Assembly: GCA_963838915.1 (NCBI GenBank)
Contig: CAWIUZ010000300.1
Span: forward strand, 3,283 to 67,282
Origin: an uncultured Acidobacteriota bacterium
GTDB taxonomy: Bacteria > Acidobacteriota > Terriglobia > UBA7540
Direction: 5' to 3'
DNA: 64,000 nt
This document shows, piece after piece, positions 54,359-63,808 of the stretch (the first letter of the stretch is position 1; every line of letters starts with the position of its first letter). Both the position numbers and the translations under genes were made by a program. The notes below the pieces were generated by a model that saw nothing but the letters and a program-made list of their open reading frames with translations, was not told the DNA's origin and made no database searches.

Positions 54359-54875
54359 GTGGGATACGAACGGTTTGAGGAACTTCCAGTCTGGCAGGCC
54401 AGCGTCGAACTGGCTCTCGCGACCTACGCCATGACCGCACAGCCGGCCTTCCGGCGGCAGCACAGTCTGCGCGACCAACTCGAGCGTGCCGCGGTCTCTG
54501 TTTCTAACAACATCGCGGAAGGCTTTGAAAGGGGCACGAATCAGGAACTGTTGACTTTCTTGTACATTTCGCGTGGTTCTGCAGGTGAAGTGCGCTCGAT
54601 GCTCTGCCTGCTTGAGCGTATGCCCGGCTTTCGTGATCTGGAATCCGGAATCTTGAATCTGAAATCCAGTGTCGAAAGGGCAACTCGGCGCGTGGATTCG
54701 CTCGTTGCGCGATTCAGAGCTTAAAGGCCAGCGCTACGTCTCGGAAAAGACGCGCCGGGCGGACAAGGCTCGCCTGGAGCGCGAGGAGTTTCTGAAGAAA
54801 CTCGAGCAGATAAGAAAGGGAGGCGGCACGGTCACTGGCAGCGCAGATCCAGCCTCTGGGACTCAAAAAGTGTGA
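54359..54875 (+). pseudogene. Four-helix-bundle protein (23S rRNA IVS-type) with C-terminal extension, out of frame by one heptamer
   Basis: GTG at 54359. 'YERFEELPVWQASVELALATY...LRDQLERAAVSVSNNIAEGFERGTNQELLTFLYISRGSAGEVRSML' is the four-helix-bundle family pattern. The C-terminal 'VSKGQLGAWIRSLRDSELKGQRYVSEKTRRADKARLEREEFLKKLEQ' is in the next frame, starting at 54669. Confidence 0.75.
54638..54665. repeat. Heptamer array (4 units, CNNGAAT) inside the four-helix-bundle ORF at the frameshift point
   Basis: 'ctggaat ccggaat cttgaat ctgaaat'. Confidence 0.8.
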
Positions 54876-54886
54876 AATAAGGCGGT

Positions 54887-54914
54887 TCTTGAATCTTGAA
54901 TCCGGACTCTGGAA
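54887..54914. repeat. Heptamer tandem array (4 units, TCTTGAA-like)
   Basis: 'tcttgaa tcttgaa tccggac tctggaa'. Confidence 0.8.
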
Positions 54915-54924
54915 TGCGAACCCT

Positions 54925-56376
54925 TCAGCCAACTTCAAACCCACCCGCTCTCTCGAACGCGTCGGCGACGCGCAGCAGCCTTGCTTCGTCGAAGTGCCGG
55001 GCGAGGAGTTGCATGCCCACCGGAAGGTGCGGCTCAGCTTTCGTCTTCCCGCAGGGAACGGAAATGCCGGGAATGCCGGCCAGGCTCGCGGTGACGGTGT
55101 AGATGTCGGCGAGATACATTTGCCACGGGTCGTCCATACGCTCGCCGAGTTTGAAGGCGGGAATGGGGGAGGTGGGAGTAACGATGATATCCACATCATC
55201 GAAGGCTTCTAGAAAATCGCGGGTGATGAGGGTGCGCACTTTCTGGGCTTTCAAGTAATAGGCGTCGTAATAGCCAGAACTCAGGACATAGGTGCCAAGC
55301 ATAATGCGCCGCTTCACCTCAGCCCCGAATCCAGCGTAGCGGGTTTGTTTGTACATCTCCTGCAAATCCCCGTGCTCGCTGGAGCGAAATCCGTAGCGCA
55401 CGCCGTCGTAGCGCGCCAGGTTGGAGCTCGCCTCCGCCGTGCAGATGATGTAGTAGCAGGCGATGGCATAATCGGTGTGAGGAAGGCTGATGGGTGCGAC
55501 CACGCATCCCAACTGCGCCAGCAGATCAATTCCCCTCTGGATATTGTCCCCAGTTTCCGGATTTAGCCCCTTGAGATATTCGCCCGGAACGCCCACCCTA
55601 AGGCCGCGCACGTTTTGATCGAGGCCGGCGACGTAGTCCTCTACGGGAACATCTGCGGATGTGGAATCATGCGGGTCGCGGCCCGCAATGGTCTGGAGAA
55701 CGCGCGCCACATCGCGGACCGTGCGCCCAAAAGGCCCAATGTGATCGAGTGAAGAGGCGAACGCCACCAGTCCGTAGCGCGAGACCCTGCCGTAAGTCCC
55801 CATCATGCCCGCCAAGCCGCAAAACGCCGCCGGTTGGCGAATCGAACCTCCGGTGTCAGAGCCGAGCGATGCCACCGCCATGTTGGCTGCAACCGCCGCC
55901 GCAGAGCCGCCGCTCGAACCACCCGGAACGCGCGTCAAATCGTTCGGATTGTGAGTCGGGAAAAAGCCGGAGTTTTCCGTGGAAGATCCCATGGCGAATT
56001 CGTCGCAATTCGTTTTCCCCAGGATGACTGCGCCTGCTGCCTCCAGCCTTTCGACCGCCGGAGCGTCATAGGGTGCCACGTAGTTCCCCAAAATCTTCGA
56101 CGCACAAGTATTGCGCACTCCGCGCGCCAGAATCACATCCTTGATCGCTACCGGAATTCCAGCCAGCGCCCCCACCGGCTCACCTGCCGCGATCTGCCGA
56201 TCGATCCTGGCGGCCTGCTCAAGGGCTCGTTCCGGACACAACTGCAAGTAGGCACGCACCTCTTTGTCGCGCCGCTCGATGTGGTCGAAGTGCGCGCGCG
56301 CAACCTCCGTAGCAGAGACTTTGCGCTGCACGATAAGCTCGCGCAGCGAGTCGATGGTGAGTTCAGTCAGGTTCAT
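54925..56376 (-). CDS. gatA: Asp-tRNA(Asn)/Glu-tRNA(Gln) amidotransferase subunit A
   Basis: 483 aa with the amidase signature '[15 protein letters not shown]', 'IPVAIKD' and '[15 protein letters not shown]'. Confidence 0.95.
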   Translation of the reverse strand: MNLTELTIDSLRELIVQRKVSATEVARAHFDHIERRDKEVRAYLQLCPERALEQAARIDRQIAAGEPVGALAGIPVAIKDVILARGVRNTCASKILGNYVAPYDAPAVERLEAAGAVILGKTNCDEFAMGSSTENSGFFPTHNPNDLTRVPGGSSGGSAAAVAANMAVASLGSDTGGSIRQPAAFCGLAGMMGTYGRVSRYGLVAFASSLDHIGPFGRTVRDVARVLQTIAGRDPHDSTSADVPVEDYVAGLDQNVRGLRVGVPGEYLKGLNPETGDNIQRGIDLLAQLGCVVAPISLPHTDYAIACYYIICTAEASSNLARYDGVRYGFRSSEHGDLQEMYKQTRYAGFGAEVKRRIMLGTYVLSSGYYDAYYLKAQKVRTLITRDFLEAFDDVDIIVTPTSPIPAFKLGERMDDPWQMYLADIYTVTASLAGIPGISVPCGKTKAEPHLPVGMQLLARHFDEARLLRVADAFERAGGFEVG

Positions 56377-56407
56377 TCGTAAGAGCTAACTTCCCCTTCG
56401 CCTCTTG

Positions 56408-56556
56408 TGTCATTCCGAGCGCAGCGAGGAATCCCGCTCTGCTCTCGCCACGTGAATTTCTCCGGCAGAGCGAGATTCCTCGCGGAGTTTACCCTGAGCA
56501 CCCAGAGCGAGATCCTTCGCTTCGCTCAGGATGACAGCGAAGGGCTCGGAATGACA
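56408..56556. repeat. Cluster of REP-like family B units in the gatC-gatA spacer
   Basis: 'tgtcattccgagcgcagcgaggaatcc' (56408-56434), 'cgagattcctcgc' (56471-56483), 'cgagatccttcgcttcgctcaggatgaca' (56508-56536) and 'ctcggaatgaca' (56545-56556). Confidence 0.8.
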
Positions 56557-56608
56557 TTGATAGTATGTATCGCCTTTAGCCGTGTTGTCGCGCCCATGGC
56601 GCCGGCCT

Positions 56609-56914
56609 CTACTCCTCTTTCTCAATGACGCGCGGGATGCGGAAAAAGCCCGCGATTGGGTCGGGCGCATTGGCGAGGGCTTCATCCTGGTCGAACGTCT
56701 TTTTTGGCTGATCGGCCCGCAGAGAAGGGTTCGCGGCAGCGGGATAAGTCACCTGAGCCATCGGCTCGACTTGCGAGGTATCCAACTCATTCAGCTTTTG
56801 CATATGCTGAAGGATGGAATCGAGCTGAGGCAGGAACTTCTTCACCTCCTCGGCCGTCAGCTCGAGATGAGCGAGTTCGGCGACGTAGCGCACGTCTTTT
56901 TCTTCGAGTGGCAT
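56609..56914 (-). CDS. gatC: Asp-tRNA(Asn)/Glu-tRNA(Gln) amidotransferase subunit C
   Basis: 'VRYVAELAHLELTAEEVKKFLPQLDSILQHMQKLNELDTSQVEP' is the typical GatC pattern. Confidence 0.9.
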   Translation of the reverse strand: MPLEEKDVRYVAELAHLELTAEEVKKFLPQLDSILQHMQKLNELDTSQVEPMAQVTYPAAANPSLRADQPKKTFDQDEALANAPDPIAGFFRIPRVIEKEE

Positions 56915-56943
56915 CAGTCGACCTTTCCGTGCTTGCGTCCGAC

Positions 56944-57357
56944 CTACTTGACACGCGAACGTCCGATTGGCTCCGCCCCGCTGAACGCAGGGCGGTGGCG
57001 CCGCCAGTCCCCAGGCTCAGAGACAGCAAGCGATTCAAGCCGGCGGTGCACGGTGTTACCCCGACTTAATTCGTGAATACACTCAATCCTGATATGTCGC
57101 ACCACTGGTTTGCCCAGGAAGCGGTTTACATGGGTGCGGATTTCATCTGCCATCTGTCTCAAGGGAACCGCCCACTCGGGATCCGTTGTGGCGAGCGTCA
57201 ATGTTCCCGTGCTGAACGCCGCGGGCCGGCACTGCCTGGCCAGCGCCTTGCCCGCCACTTGACCCCATAGAGGGGTCAGAACCTCGATCACAGGAGGTTC
57301 GAGGCGAGAAAACTGAGGTCTTAGAACCTTGGGCAGAATCTTCCCAATCTCTTCCAT
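56944..57357 (-). CDS. DUF721 (DciA-like) protein
   Basis: 'LTPLWGQVAGKALARQCRPAAFSTGTLTLATTDPEWAVPLRQMADEIRTHVNRFLG' matches the DUF721 pattern. Confidence 0.75.
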   Translation of the reverse strand: MEEIGKILPKVLRPQFSRLEPPVIEVLTPLWGQVAGKALARQCRPAAFSTGTLTLATTDPEWAVPLRQMADEIRTHVNRFLGKPVVRHIRIECIHELSRGNTVHRRLESLAVSEPGDWRRHRPAFSGAEPIGRSRVK

Positions 57358-57551
57358 GGCTCGCGTCCTAGATTATTGGAGTCGTTTGTAGACAGTTTTG
57401 AAGTCTAACACAACGAGGCCCATTGGGGAAATCGCTGTCGAGGAAAAATCGTGGATGAGGTTTTTGTCGCAGCGGCGAGGATCACCTCGCCATGTGGCGG
57501 CGTAAAGCCGCCGCTACATCATTCTGCCAATGTCGCTTATAATTCTTACAC

Positions 57552-58136
57552 ATGCGTCTCATTCTTGCCTCAGCTTCGCCGCGCCGCCGCGACCTATTGC
57601 GCAATGCCGGCATCGATTTCGAGGTCCGGCCTGGCCAGGTGGTTGAGGAAATCCAACCGGGCGAATTACCTGAGGAGTTTGCTCGCCGCGTCGCACGCGA
57701 GAAAGCCATGCAAATCGTAGCCTCAGTGCCTCCTGGTCTCCTCGTCTTGGGAGCGGATACGGTCGTAGTCATTGACGGGCAGACGCTAGGAAAGCCGTCG
57801 GACCCTCAGGATGCCGCGCGTATGCTTCGCCTGTTGTCGGGTCGAACCCACCAGGTGCATACCGGCATTTGCCTCGTGCGCGCGCCCGGTGGAATTGAGG
57901 CGCTCAAACACGAGACAACCCTGGTTACATTCCGCGAACTCGATGAGGAAGAGATTCGCCAGTACGTCGAGAGCGGTGAGCCCTGGGACAAGGCGGGAGG
58001 CTACGCGATTCAAGGGCTCGCATCCAAATTCGTCATTCGGATCTCGGGCTGCTACTCGAACGTGGTGGGCTTGCCGGTGGCTCTGCTTTACGAGGTTCTG
58101 AAGCCGCTCATGAAGGCGGAAGGCAGTAGGCAGTAG
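57552..58136 (+). CDS. maf: Maf-family nucleoside triphosphate pyrophosphatase
   Basis: 'MRLILASASPRRRDLLRNAGIDFEV', 'VLGADTVV' and 'GKPSDPQDA..ML..LSGRTHQVHTG'. The stop lies within the GGCAGTN array. Confidence 0.9.
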   Translation: MRLILASASPRRRDLLRNAGIDFEVRPGQVVEEIQPGELPEEFARRVAREKAMQIVASVPPGLLVLGADTVVVIDGQTLGKPSDPQDAARMLRLLSGRTHQVHTGICLVRAPGGIEALKHETTLVTFRELDEEEIRQYVESGEPWDKAGGYAIQGLASKFVIRISGCYSNVVGLPVALLYEVLKPLMKAEGSRQ

Positions 58137-58170
58137 GCAGTTGGCAGTTGGCAGTTGGCAGTTGGCAGAT
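58122..58170. repeat. Heptamer tandem array (7 units, GGCAGTN)
   Basis: 'ggcagta ggcagta ggcagtt ggcagtt ggcagtt ggcagtt ggcagat'. Confidence 0.85.
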
Positions 58171-58289
58171 GGGCTGAGGAGAGTTGCCGGAACACCTTTG
58201 GGGTGGGGCGAATGTCTGAAAAACCAGAGCGAGATTCCTCGCTCCGCCCTGGACCGTCCGGCCCAGGACTCCCCTCTCTCGGAAATCAC

Positions 58290-58361
58290 GTCATTCCCGC
58301 GAAAGCGGGAATCCATTGTGTTCCCGACCAACGATGGGCCCCCGCTTTCGCGGGGGCGACA
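58290..58361. repeat. REP-like family C composite (second copy)
   Basis: 'gtcattcccgcgaaagcgggaatccattg' plus 'gggcccccgctttcgcgggggcgac', in the same order and orientation as 19231-19294. Confidence 0.8.
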
Positions 58362-58459
58362 ACGCATGTGATTTTCATTCCTCAGGGTGAGCGCAGGCCC
58401 CTGACCGCTCGGAACGACGGGTACCAATCGGCAATCGACCATCGGAAATCGGCAATGAA

Positions 58460-60376
58460 CTAGAGGATAATCCGCTCGTCGCCGTCCCGCCTCGTCACAT
58501 GTTCGCGGTCGAGGTACTCAAGCAGAGGGATAGCGTACTTCCGGCTCAGCCCGGTGATTTCCTTGAAAACGGTGACGTTGATGCGGTTGCTTCGCGCTTT
58601 CCGCCGGGCAAGCAGGTCCTTCAACTTCCTCAATGCCGAGCGGTGAAAAATCAGCTCCTCGTTTACCTTCGAGAGCACGTTTTCACGCAGCAGAATCTGA
58701 AGCAGTTTCTCGGCCCGCAGGCGGTCGATGCGCAGCTTAGCCAGGACCTCCGGCGGGCTCGGGACCTCGAGTCCTCTTTTCTCGAATGCCTCGCTGATCT
58801 GCTCTTTGGCAGCCTGCTCTTCCGGTGTCATTTGGATCTTCCTGCCGGCGAGCCGCACCGTTTCGCCCTGCACATCGATTTTGCCCTGCGCCGCCAGGGC
58901 GTGAAGAAGCGCATTGAAGAGCAAAGTCGAAGGCGCCACGGGGCGCAGAGGACCGCCGGCACCCGTTCTCGAGCGCAGGTCTTCCTTGGGTAGACCAGCA
59001 ACCAGGGGGTTTGCAGCGTGGAACTTCTCGAGCTGATCAATCAGCTTCGTTGCCAATTCCTGGAAATGCTCCACATGCACGAACAGTTCCGGCGGCTGCC
59101 CCAGCAGCAAGATCCGATTTGCGGAGGCTAGCGCCCTGGTGAGGCGCAGGACCTCCGCAGGAAGCAAGCCGGTACGCGAGACAAGTCCGGAAAGGAGAGC
59201 TTCGCCGGTTTGCCGCACCAGGCATTCGAGTCTTGCCTGCGAATCGCCTTTTTCCAAAGCGTCGAGGAGCGGCACGACGCTGGAATCTCGAACGCGATGC
59301 CGTTCAGGCTGGTTGTCGAGGACCGTTCCGCCCCCGATCGTAGTGACGGGTGAAAACTGCCGGATGATAAAGCGATCTCCCGGCATGAACACGCCGGGCT
59401 CGGAAAGCCGCAGTTGTGCGAAGGCGCTGCTCCCTGGCGGCAGATCTTTCCGGTCCAACAAAACCACTTCGGCCAGAGTTTCAGAAGTATGGCAGTGGAA
59501 ATGCACTCGCGCGCAGTTCTTCAGCGGTCGAGCGTCAGGCAGCAGGTTCAGGCGGCAATCTAATTGCCCGGTCGCCTGGAAAATCCCGGGCGGCGCCAGA
59601 ATCATTCCGCGAGAGATTTCCTTGGCTTCAAGGCCGGGCAAGTTCACTGCCGTTCGTTGCCCGGCCAAGGCGGTCTGTGCGGCCGCGTTGTGGACCTCGA
59701 TGCCGCGCACCCGCACCCGCCGGGCCAGCGGGTAAATCTCCACTTCCGAATCTTTTTCGATCCTCCCTGCCAAAAGCGTTCCAGTCACCACCGTTCCAAA
59801 GCCCTTCATCACAAAAGCGCGGTCGATGGGCAGCCGAAAGGGCAGATCTTCAGGCTTGGGAGTAATCATCAGGGCCAGCCGCTGCAACTCGTGTTTTAGG
59901 GGCTCGAGGCCCTCGCCGGTCCTGGCGCTCACCGGGAGCGCCGCCGCGGTTTCGAGGAAGGAGCCGCGCACAAACTCCTGAATCTCCAGCCGCACCAATT
60001 CGATGATGTCGGGGTCTACCAAATCGGTTTTGGTGATGGCCACCAAACCGTGACGTACCCCCAGCAGTTTGCAAATGTCGAAGTGCTCACGCGTCTGGGG
60101 CTTGATGGACTCATCGGCCGCTACCACAAGCATGACCAGGTCGATCCCTCCCACTCCAGCCAGCATGTTGCGCACGAACCGTTCGTGCCCGGGCACGTCG
60201 ATGAAGCCTACACGCACTCCTTCGCCGAGGTCCAGGTGGGCGAAACCCAGGTCAATCGTGATTCCCCGCCGCTTCTCTTCTTCCAGACGGTCGGGGTCGG
60301 TGCCGGTCAGCGCCAGCACCAGTGCTGACTTGCCGTGATCGATATGCCCCGCCGTTCCGACAGTGACGTAACGCAT
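58460..60376 (-). CDS. selB: Selenocysteine-specific translation elongation factor
   Basis: Starts '[43 protein letters not shown]', then 'DVPGHERF', 'TKTD' and a long winged-helix C-terminal region. The earlier ATG at 60415 is less likely. Confidence 0.9.
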   Translation of the reverse strand: MRYVTVGTAGHIDHGKSALVLALTGTDPDRLEEEKRRGITIDLGFAHLDLGEGVRVGFIDVPGHERFVRNMLAGVGGIDLVMLVVAADESIKPQTREHFDICKLLGVRHGLVAITKTDLVDPDIIELVRLEIQEFVRGSFLETAAALPVSARTGEGLEPLKHELQRLALMITPKPEDLPFRLPIDRAFVMKGFGTVVTGTLLAGRIEKDSEVEIYPLARRVRVRGIEVHNAAAQTALAGQRTAVNLPGLEAKEISRGMILAPPGIFQATGQLDCRLNLLPDARPLKNCARVHFHCHTSETLAEVVLLDRKDLPPGSSAFAQLRLSEPGVFMPGDRFIIRQFSPVTTIGGGTVLDNQPERHRVRDSSVVPLLDALEKGDSQARLECLVRQTGEALLSGLVSRTGLLPAEVLRLTRALASANRILLLGQPPELFVHVEHFQELATKLIDQLEKFHAANPLVAGLPKEDLRSRTGAGGPLRPVAPSTLLFNALLHALAAQGKIDVQGETVRLAGRKIQMTPEEQAAKEQISEAFEKRGLEVPSPPEVLAKLRIDRLRAEKLLQILLRENVLSKVNEELIFHRSALRKLKDLLARRKARSNRINVTVFKEITGLSRKYAIPLLEYLDREHVTRRDGDERIIL

Positions 60377-60585
60377 CTGGTCCTTGATTATGCGAGAAAG
60401 GCCGAGGGGAAGCAATCGCTTCCATGATTCCGTAGTGTCCTAATTTGACTCGTAGCGCTGGCCTTTAGGACAGCGCTACGCTGAAATTAGGACACCACCC
60501 TTGATTCCCAATAGTGGCCAGAATTCATCCCGCATGTTACGCTAAAGCGAACGGGCAGCACGCACATATTATCGGAGGTGAGAAC

Positions 60586-61665
60586 TTGAAACTCACACTA
60601 ACCACTCTTCTGGTATTCATCTGTCTGGCCGCATCGGCACACGCGGACGTGGCGACCCTCAAGAACGGAGACCGGGTTACAGGAACACTAGTCACGATCA
60701 AAGGAGGAACTTTGCAACTTAAGACCGCCAACCTCGGGATCGTATCGATCCCCATGGCCCAGGTGGCGACTTACTCCTCAGATAAACCCGTAGCGGTTGT
60801 TATTAAAGGCCAGGAACCCGTCGAAGGCATGCTGGAACTCCTGCCTTCCGGCGACTGGCAGATTAAAGGCGAGAACGGCCAGACTCAGACTATCGCCGCC
60901 GCCAAACCCGAAGTCATCATGCCGGCCGACGATTACCAGAAAACCGAACAGGCCCCTGGGATCTTGCAAGCGTGGAAAGGCGGCGCCAGCCTGGGGTACA
61001 GCCTCCAGAACGGCAACCAGGAATCGAACACTCTGACCACAAGCGTTGCCGCGTCCCGTGAACGTCCGGCGACGCCCATTTTTGAACGGCATATGCGCAC
61101 AACCTTCGACTTTACTACGCTTTTCTCGCATGCCGAGCAGAAGAGCATCACAGCGCCATTCGTCGTCACCAGCACGGTGTCCTCGCGCACCCTCACCGCA
61201 GACCTGCGGCAGGACTACCTTTTCAGTCCGGACAACTTTGTGTTTGTATTCGGTCAAGTCAACCACATCTCAACCCAAGGCCTCTATCTGCAACAGACCT
61301 ACGGCGGCGGCTTCGGGCGCGACGTTTTCAAAAACGCGCGAACGACGTTCAGCGTCCTCGGCGGCCCGACCTACGTTCAAGAGAAGTTCTTTAATGGGCA
61401 GCTCACCCAGACCATCGAACTGCTGCTGGCAGAGACACTCGGCGTGCAATTCTCCAAGCGGCTTCGGCTCGACCATTACTTTCAAGTTTACCCGGACCTG
61501 ATTCACGGCGGACAATACCGTTTTGATACCAGCGCAGTCTTGTCCTACAAGCTGCTCAACAAGTTTACGGTGAATGCCAGCCTGATCGATCTTTACCTAA
61601 GCAATCCGCCCACCGGGGAGAAGAACAACGTCACGCTTTCTGTCGGCATTGGATACGCGTTCTAA
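60586..61665 (+). CDS. DUF481-family outer-membrane beta-barrel protein
   Basis: TTG at 60586 lies 6 nt after GGAGGTG. It has a signal peptide 'LKLTLTTLLVFICLAASAHA' and 'LKNGDRVTGTLVTIKGGTLQL', and ends with a terminal aromatic residue '...GIGYAF*'. The longer ORF from 60514 is possible. Confidence 0.75.
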   Translation: MKLTLTTLLVFICLAASAHADVATLKNGDRVTGTLVTIKGGTLQLKTANLGIVSIPMAQVATYSSDKPVAVVIKGQEPVEGMLELLPSGDWQIKGENGQTQTIAAAKPEVIMPADDYQKTEQAPGILQAWKGGASLGYSLQNGNQESNTLTTSVAASRERPATPIFERHMRTTFDFTTLFSHAEQKSITAPFVVTSTVSSRTLTADLRQDYLFSPDNFVFVFGQVNHISTQGLYLQQTYGGGFGRDVFKNARTTFSVLGGPTYVQEKFFNGQLTQTIELLLAETLGVQFSKRLRLDHYFQVYPDLIHGGQYRFDTSAVLSYKLLNKFTVNASLIDLYLSNPPTGEKNNVTLSVGIGYAF

Positions 61666-61761
61666 GACGGAAACAGGCGCGGGGCAACCGCTATAATCTG
61701 GTCGAGAGGCAGCGCTCAGTCTACTCTCGATGATGTTCTGGGGAGAGGGGACGGCAAGCCG

Positions 61762-62835
61762 TCACTCATCCGTCGGCTTGCCCGGCGGGGGAGGTGCCTG
61801 CTTCTCAGATTCGGACCCCAGCCAGACGCTCACCACCTCCCAAATCCCCAGCCGCTTTTGCAGAACCAAGTCATACTTCGCGACGGCGGAGGGGTCTTCG
61901 AGCGATACACCAGCCAGCGCTCTTTGCTGGTCCGGCGAGAAAGTGAGGTTTTGAATCTCCACCTTGACTTCCGGTTTCGCAGGGGTGCGGTGAGCGGCGG
62001 TATCCGCCGGCGATGGAGGGGGTGGCAGAAGCGCCGGAATGAAATATGTGCGGACAGCGGCATCGACGGAGCCGCCTGCTTTCTTGCCATCGGGAGTGGC
62101 CAAATATTTGGAACGAATCTGAATGACGTCCCGGGCGTTTTCCAGGTCGTCGTGGATGACCACATCGTTCACCCTTTTTTCTGCCTGCCGAATCAAGTCC
62201 GCCAGCTTCGGCCCAGTGCGGACTGTCAGGGCCATGATTGCAGCCTCTGTCACCGTGCGGTCTGGTTCAGCATCCGACTTGTCGATAACTCGGAAAAGCG
62301 CTTGCGTGGCCTGATCGGTATCGTACTCACCCAGGGCGCCATAACAGAAGCGCCGCAGGTTAAGATCGCGCTTGTCATCCTGAAGCTTCCAGAGAATCTG
62401 CATCGCCTGGTCGCCACCGATGAAGGCCAGGGATTGTGCCGCAAACTCGGCCGTACGGTCGTCCTTGAGCGCTTGGGCCAATTGCGGAATGATGCTCGAG
62501 CCCGCCGCGAATGCGGCGCGGAAGAGTGAGTCTGCCGCCTCCGCGTTCGGCGCGCTCAGAATCCCGTCCAATAGCTCCGGCGCCCAGTCGCCGGGGAGTG
62601 GCTCTTCAGACTGCTCGCCGGTCGCATTGTCAGAAGGTTGCGATGCAGGAATCTTCTGTGCCGGTGCAGGCGGCGATGACTGTTGCGCCACGCCTCGGGC
62701 GGAAACGAAAGAGCAACAGGCCATGAGCAACAGGCTCTGCCACACACGCCAAGCCAGCGCTCGGTGCCCCCGTCTAACCGCGATGCGTCTCGTTGTGTAC
62801 ATTCTGAATTCTGACCTTAGTTGGATGCCCGGCAA
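61762..62835 (-). CDS. Hypothetical secreted protein with HEAT/ARM-like helical repeats
   Basis: 357-aa intact ORF with a hydrophobic N-terminal segment. Helical repeats such as 'IIPQLAQALKDDRTAEFAAQSLAFIGGDQAM' are present. The start may be Met12. No family can be named. Confidence 0.55.
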   Translation of the reverse strand: MPGIQLRSEFRMYTTRRIAVRRGHRALAWRVWQSLLLMACCSFVSARGVAQQSSPPAPAQKIPASQPSDNATGEQSEEPLPGDWAPELLDGILSAPNAEAADSLFRAAFAAGSSIIPQLAQALKDDRTAEFAAQSLAFIGGDQAMQILWKLQDDKRDLNLRRFCYGALGEYDTDQATQALFRVIDKSDAEPDRTVTEAAIMALTVRTGPKLADLIRQAEKRVNDVVIHDDLENARDVIQIRSKYLATPDGKKAGGSVDAAVRTYFIPALLPPPPSPADTAAHRTPAKPEVKVEIQNLTFSPDQQRALAGVSLEDPSAVAKYDLVLQKRLGIWEVVSVWLGSESEKQAPPPPGKPTDE

Positions 62836-62867
62836 GCTGGAAGAGTTGGGGAACCCGGCAAAGAGTA

Positions 62868-62909
62868 GGCAGTGGGCAGTCGGCAGTAGGCAGTCGGCAG
62901 TCGGCAGCG
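62868..62909. repeat. Heptamer tandem array (6 units, GGCAGTN)
   Basis: 'ggcagtg ggcagtc ggcagta ggcagtc ggcagtc ggcagcg'. Confidence 0.85.
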
Positions 62910-63007
62910 AGCCACAGAATGACCTGATCAGTGCGCGTTACGGGGCGCACAGAACCGGCTGGCGTGAGCCGCGTATACACGCTGTTGGATTTCCCCCCGT
63001 TCGTCGG

Positions 63008-63070
63008 CTGCCTTCTGCTTTCTGCCTACTGCCTTCTGCCTACTGCCTACTGCTTACTGCCTACTGGTCT
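63008..63070. repeat. Heptamer tandem array (9 units, CTGCYTN), reverse complement of the GGCAGTN family
   Basis: 'ctgcctt ctgcttt ctgccta ctgcctt ctgccta ctgccta ctgctta ctgccta ctggtct'. It overlaps the stop of the HAD gene. Confidence 0.85.
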
Positions 63071-63741
63071 TCTCCAGTCCCCAGCACGCGGGGCAAATCC
63101 CGCAGGTCATCCAAAAGCAAATCCGGACCCGCTTTTCTCACCGTTTCCGGGGCGAATCCATAGGTCACGCCGCATGTCCAAACATCGGCGTTGCGGCCGG
63201 TCTGCACATCAGTATCGGAATCTCCGACCATGAGCGTATGCTTGGCTGGGGTCGACGAATTATTCATCAGAGTCTTAATTCCCACCGGATCGGGTTTTTT
63301 CAAGTTGAAGCTATCTCCGCCATAGATCTCGAAGAAATAGCGGGCGAGCCCCAAGCCGGCAACTATTTCGCGGCTGAAATCTGTGGGCTTGTTTGTCAGG
63401 ATAGCCAACTTTCGATTCCGGAGCTCCTCCAGAGCTTCAGGCACTCCCGGGTAGGCGACGGTGTTATCGAGCAGGTGCCGGGCGTAGTGGTCCAGAAAGA
63501 ATCCAAGCCCCTTCTGAACGTCGCCCTCGGCGGCTTGATCACCCAGCGCCCTCTTGATCAGAACGGTCACTCCATGTCCAATGTAAGACGTGACGGCTTC
63601 GAGAGGCAGAGGACCCAACCCCATAGACTCCCGCATAGCATTAACACTGAGCGCCAGGTCCCTCTTGGTGTCCGCGAGGGTGCCGTCTAAGTCGAAGACG
63701 ACCAGTTGGATTCCCGGGAGAGTACGCCGTTCTATGGTCAT
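63061..63741 (-). CDS. HAD-family hydrolase (phosphoglycolate-phosphatase-like)
   Basis: Starts 'MTIERRTLPGIQLVVFDLDGTLADT' (DxDGT motif). It also has 'LAILTNKP' and 'MVGDSDTDVQTGRNA'. Confidence 0.85.
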   Translation of the reverse strand: MTIERRTLPGIQLVVFDLDGTLADTKRDLALSVNAMRESMGLGPLPLEAVTSYIGHGVTVLIKRALGDQAAEGDVQKGLGFFLDHYARHLLDNTVAYPGVPEALEELRNRKLAILTNKPTDFSREIVAGLGLARYFFEIYGGDSFNLKKPDPVGIKTLMNNSSTPAKHTLMVGDSDTDVQTGRNADVWTCGVTYGFAPETVRKAGPDLLLDDLRDLPRVLGTGEDQ

Positions 63742-63808
63742 CAATATTCCTTTCGATCGCGACTTCCGTTCGCTACACAGCACAGCGCGGCAAAGCCGCA
63801 ACCAAATG

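Noticed and set aside
26834-63070. Whether the heptamer arrays or the 37096-37448 repeats could be CRISPR arrays
   Set aside because: The heptamer units are 7-8 nt with no spacers. The 38-nt repeats occur only 2-3 times with irregular 120-190 nt spacing and repetitive 'spacers'. No cas genes are in the window.
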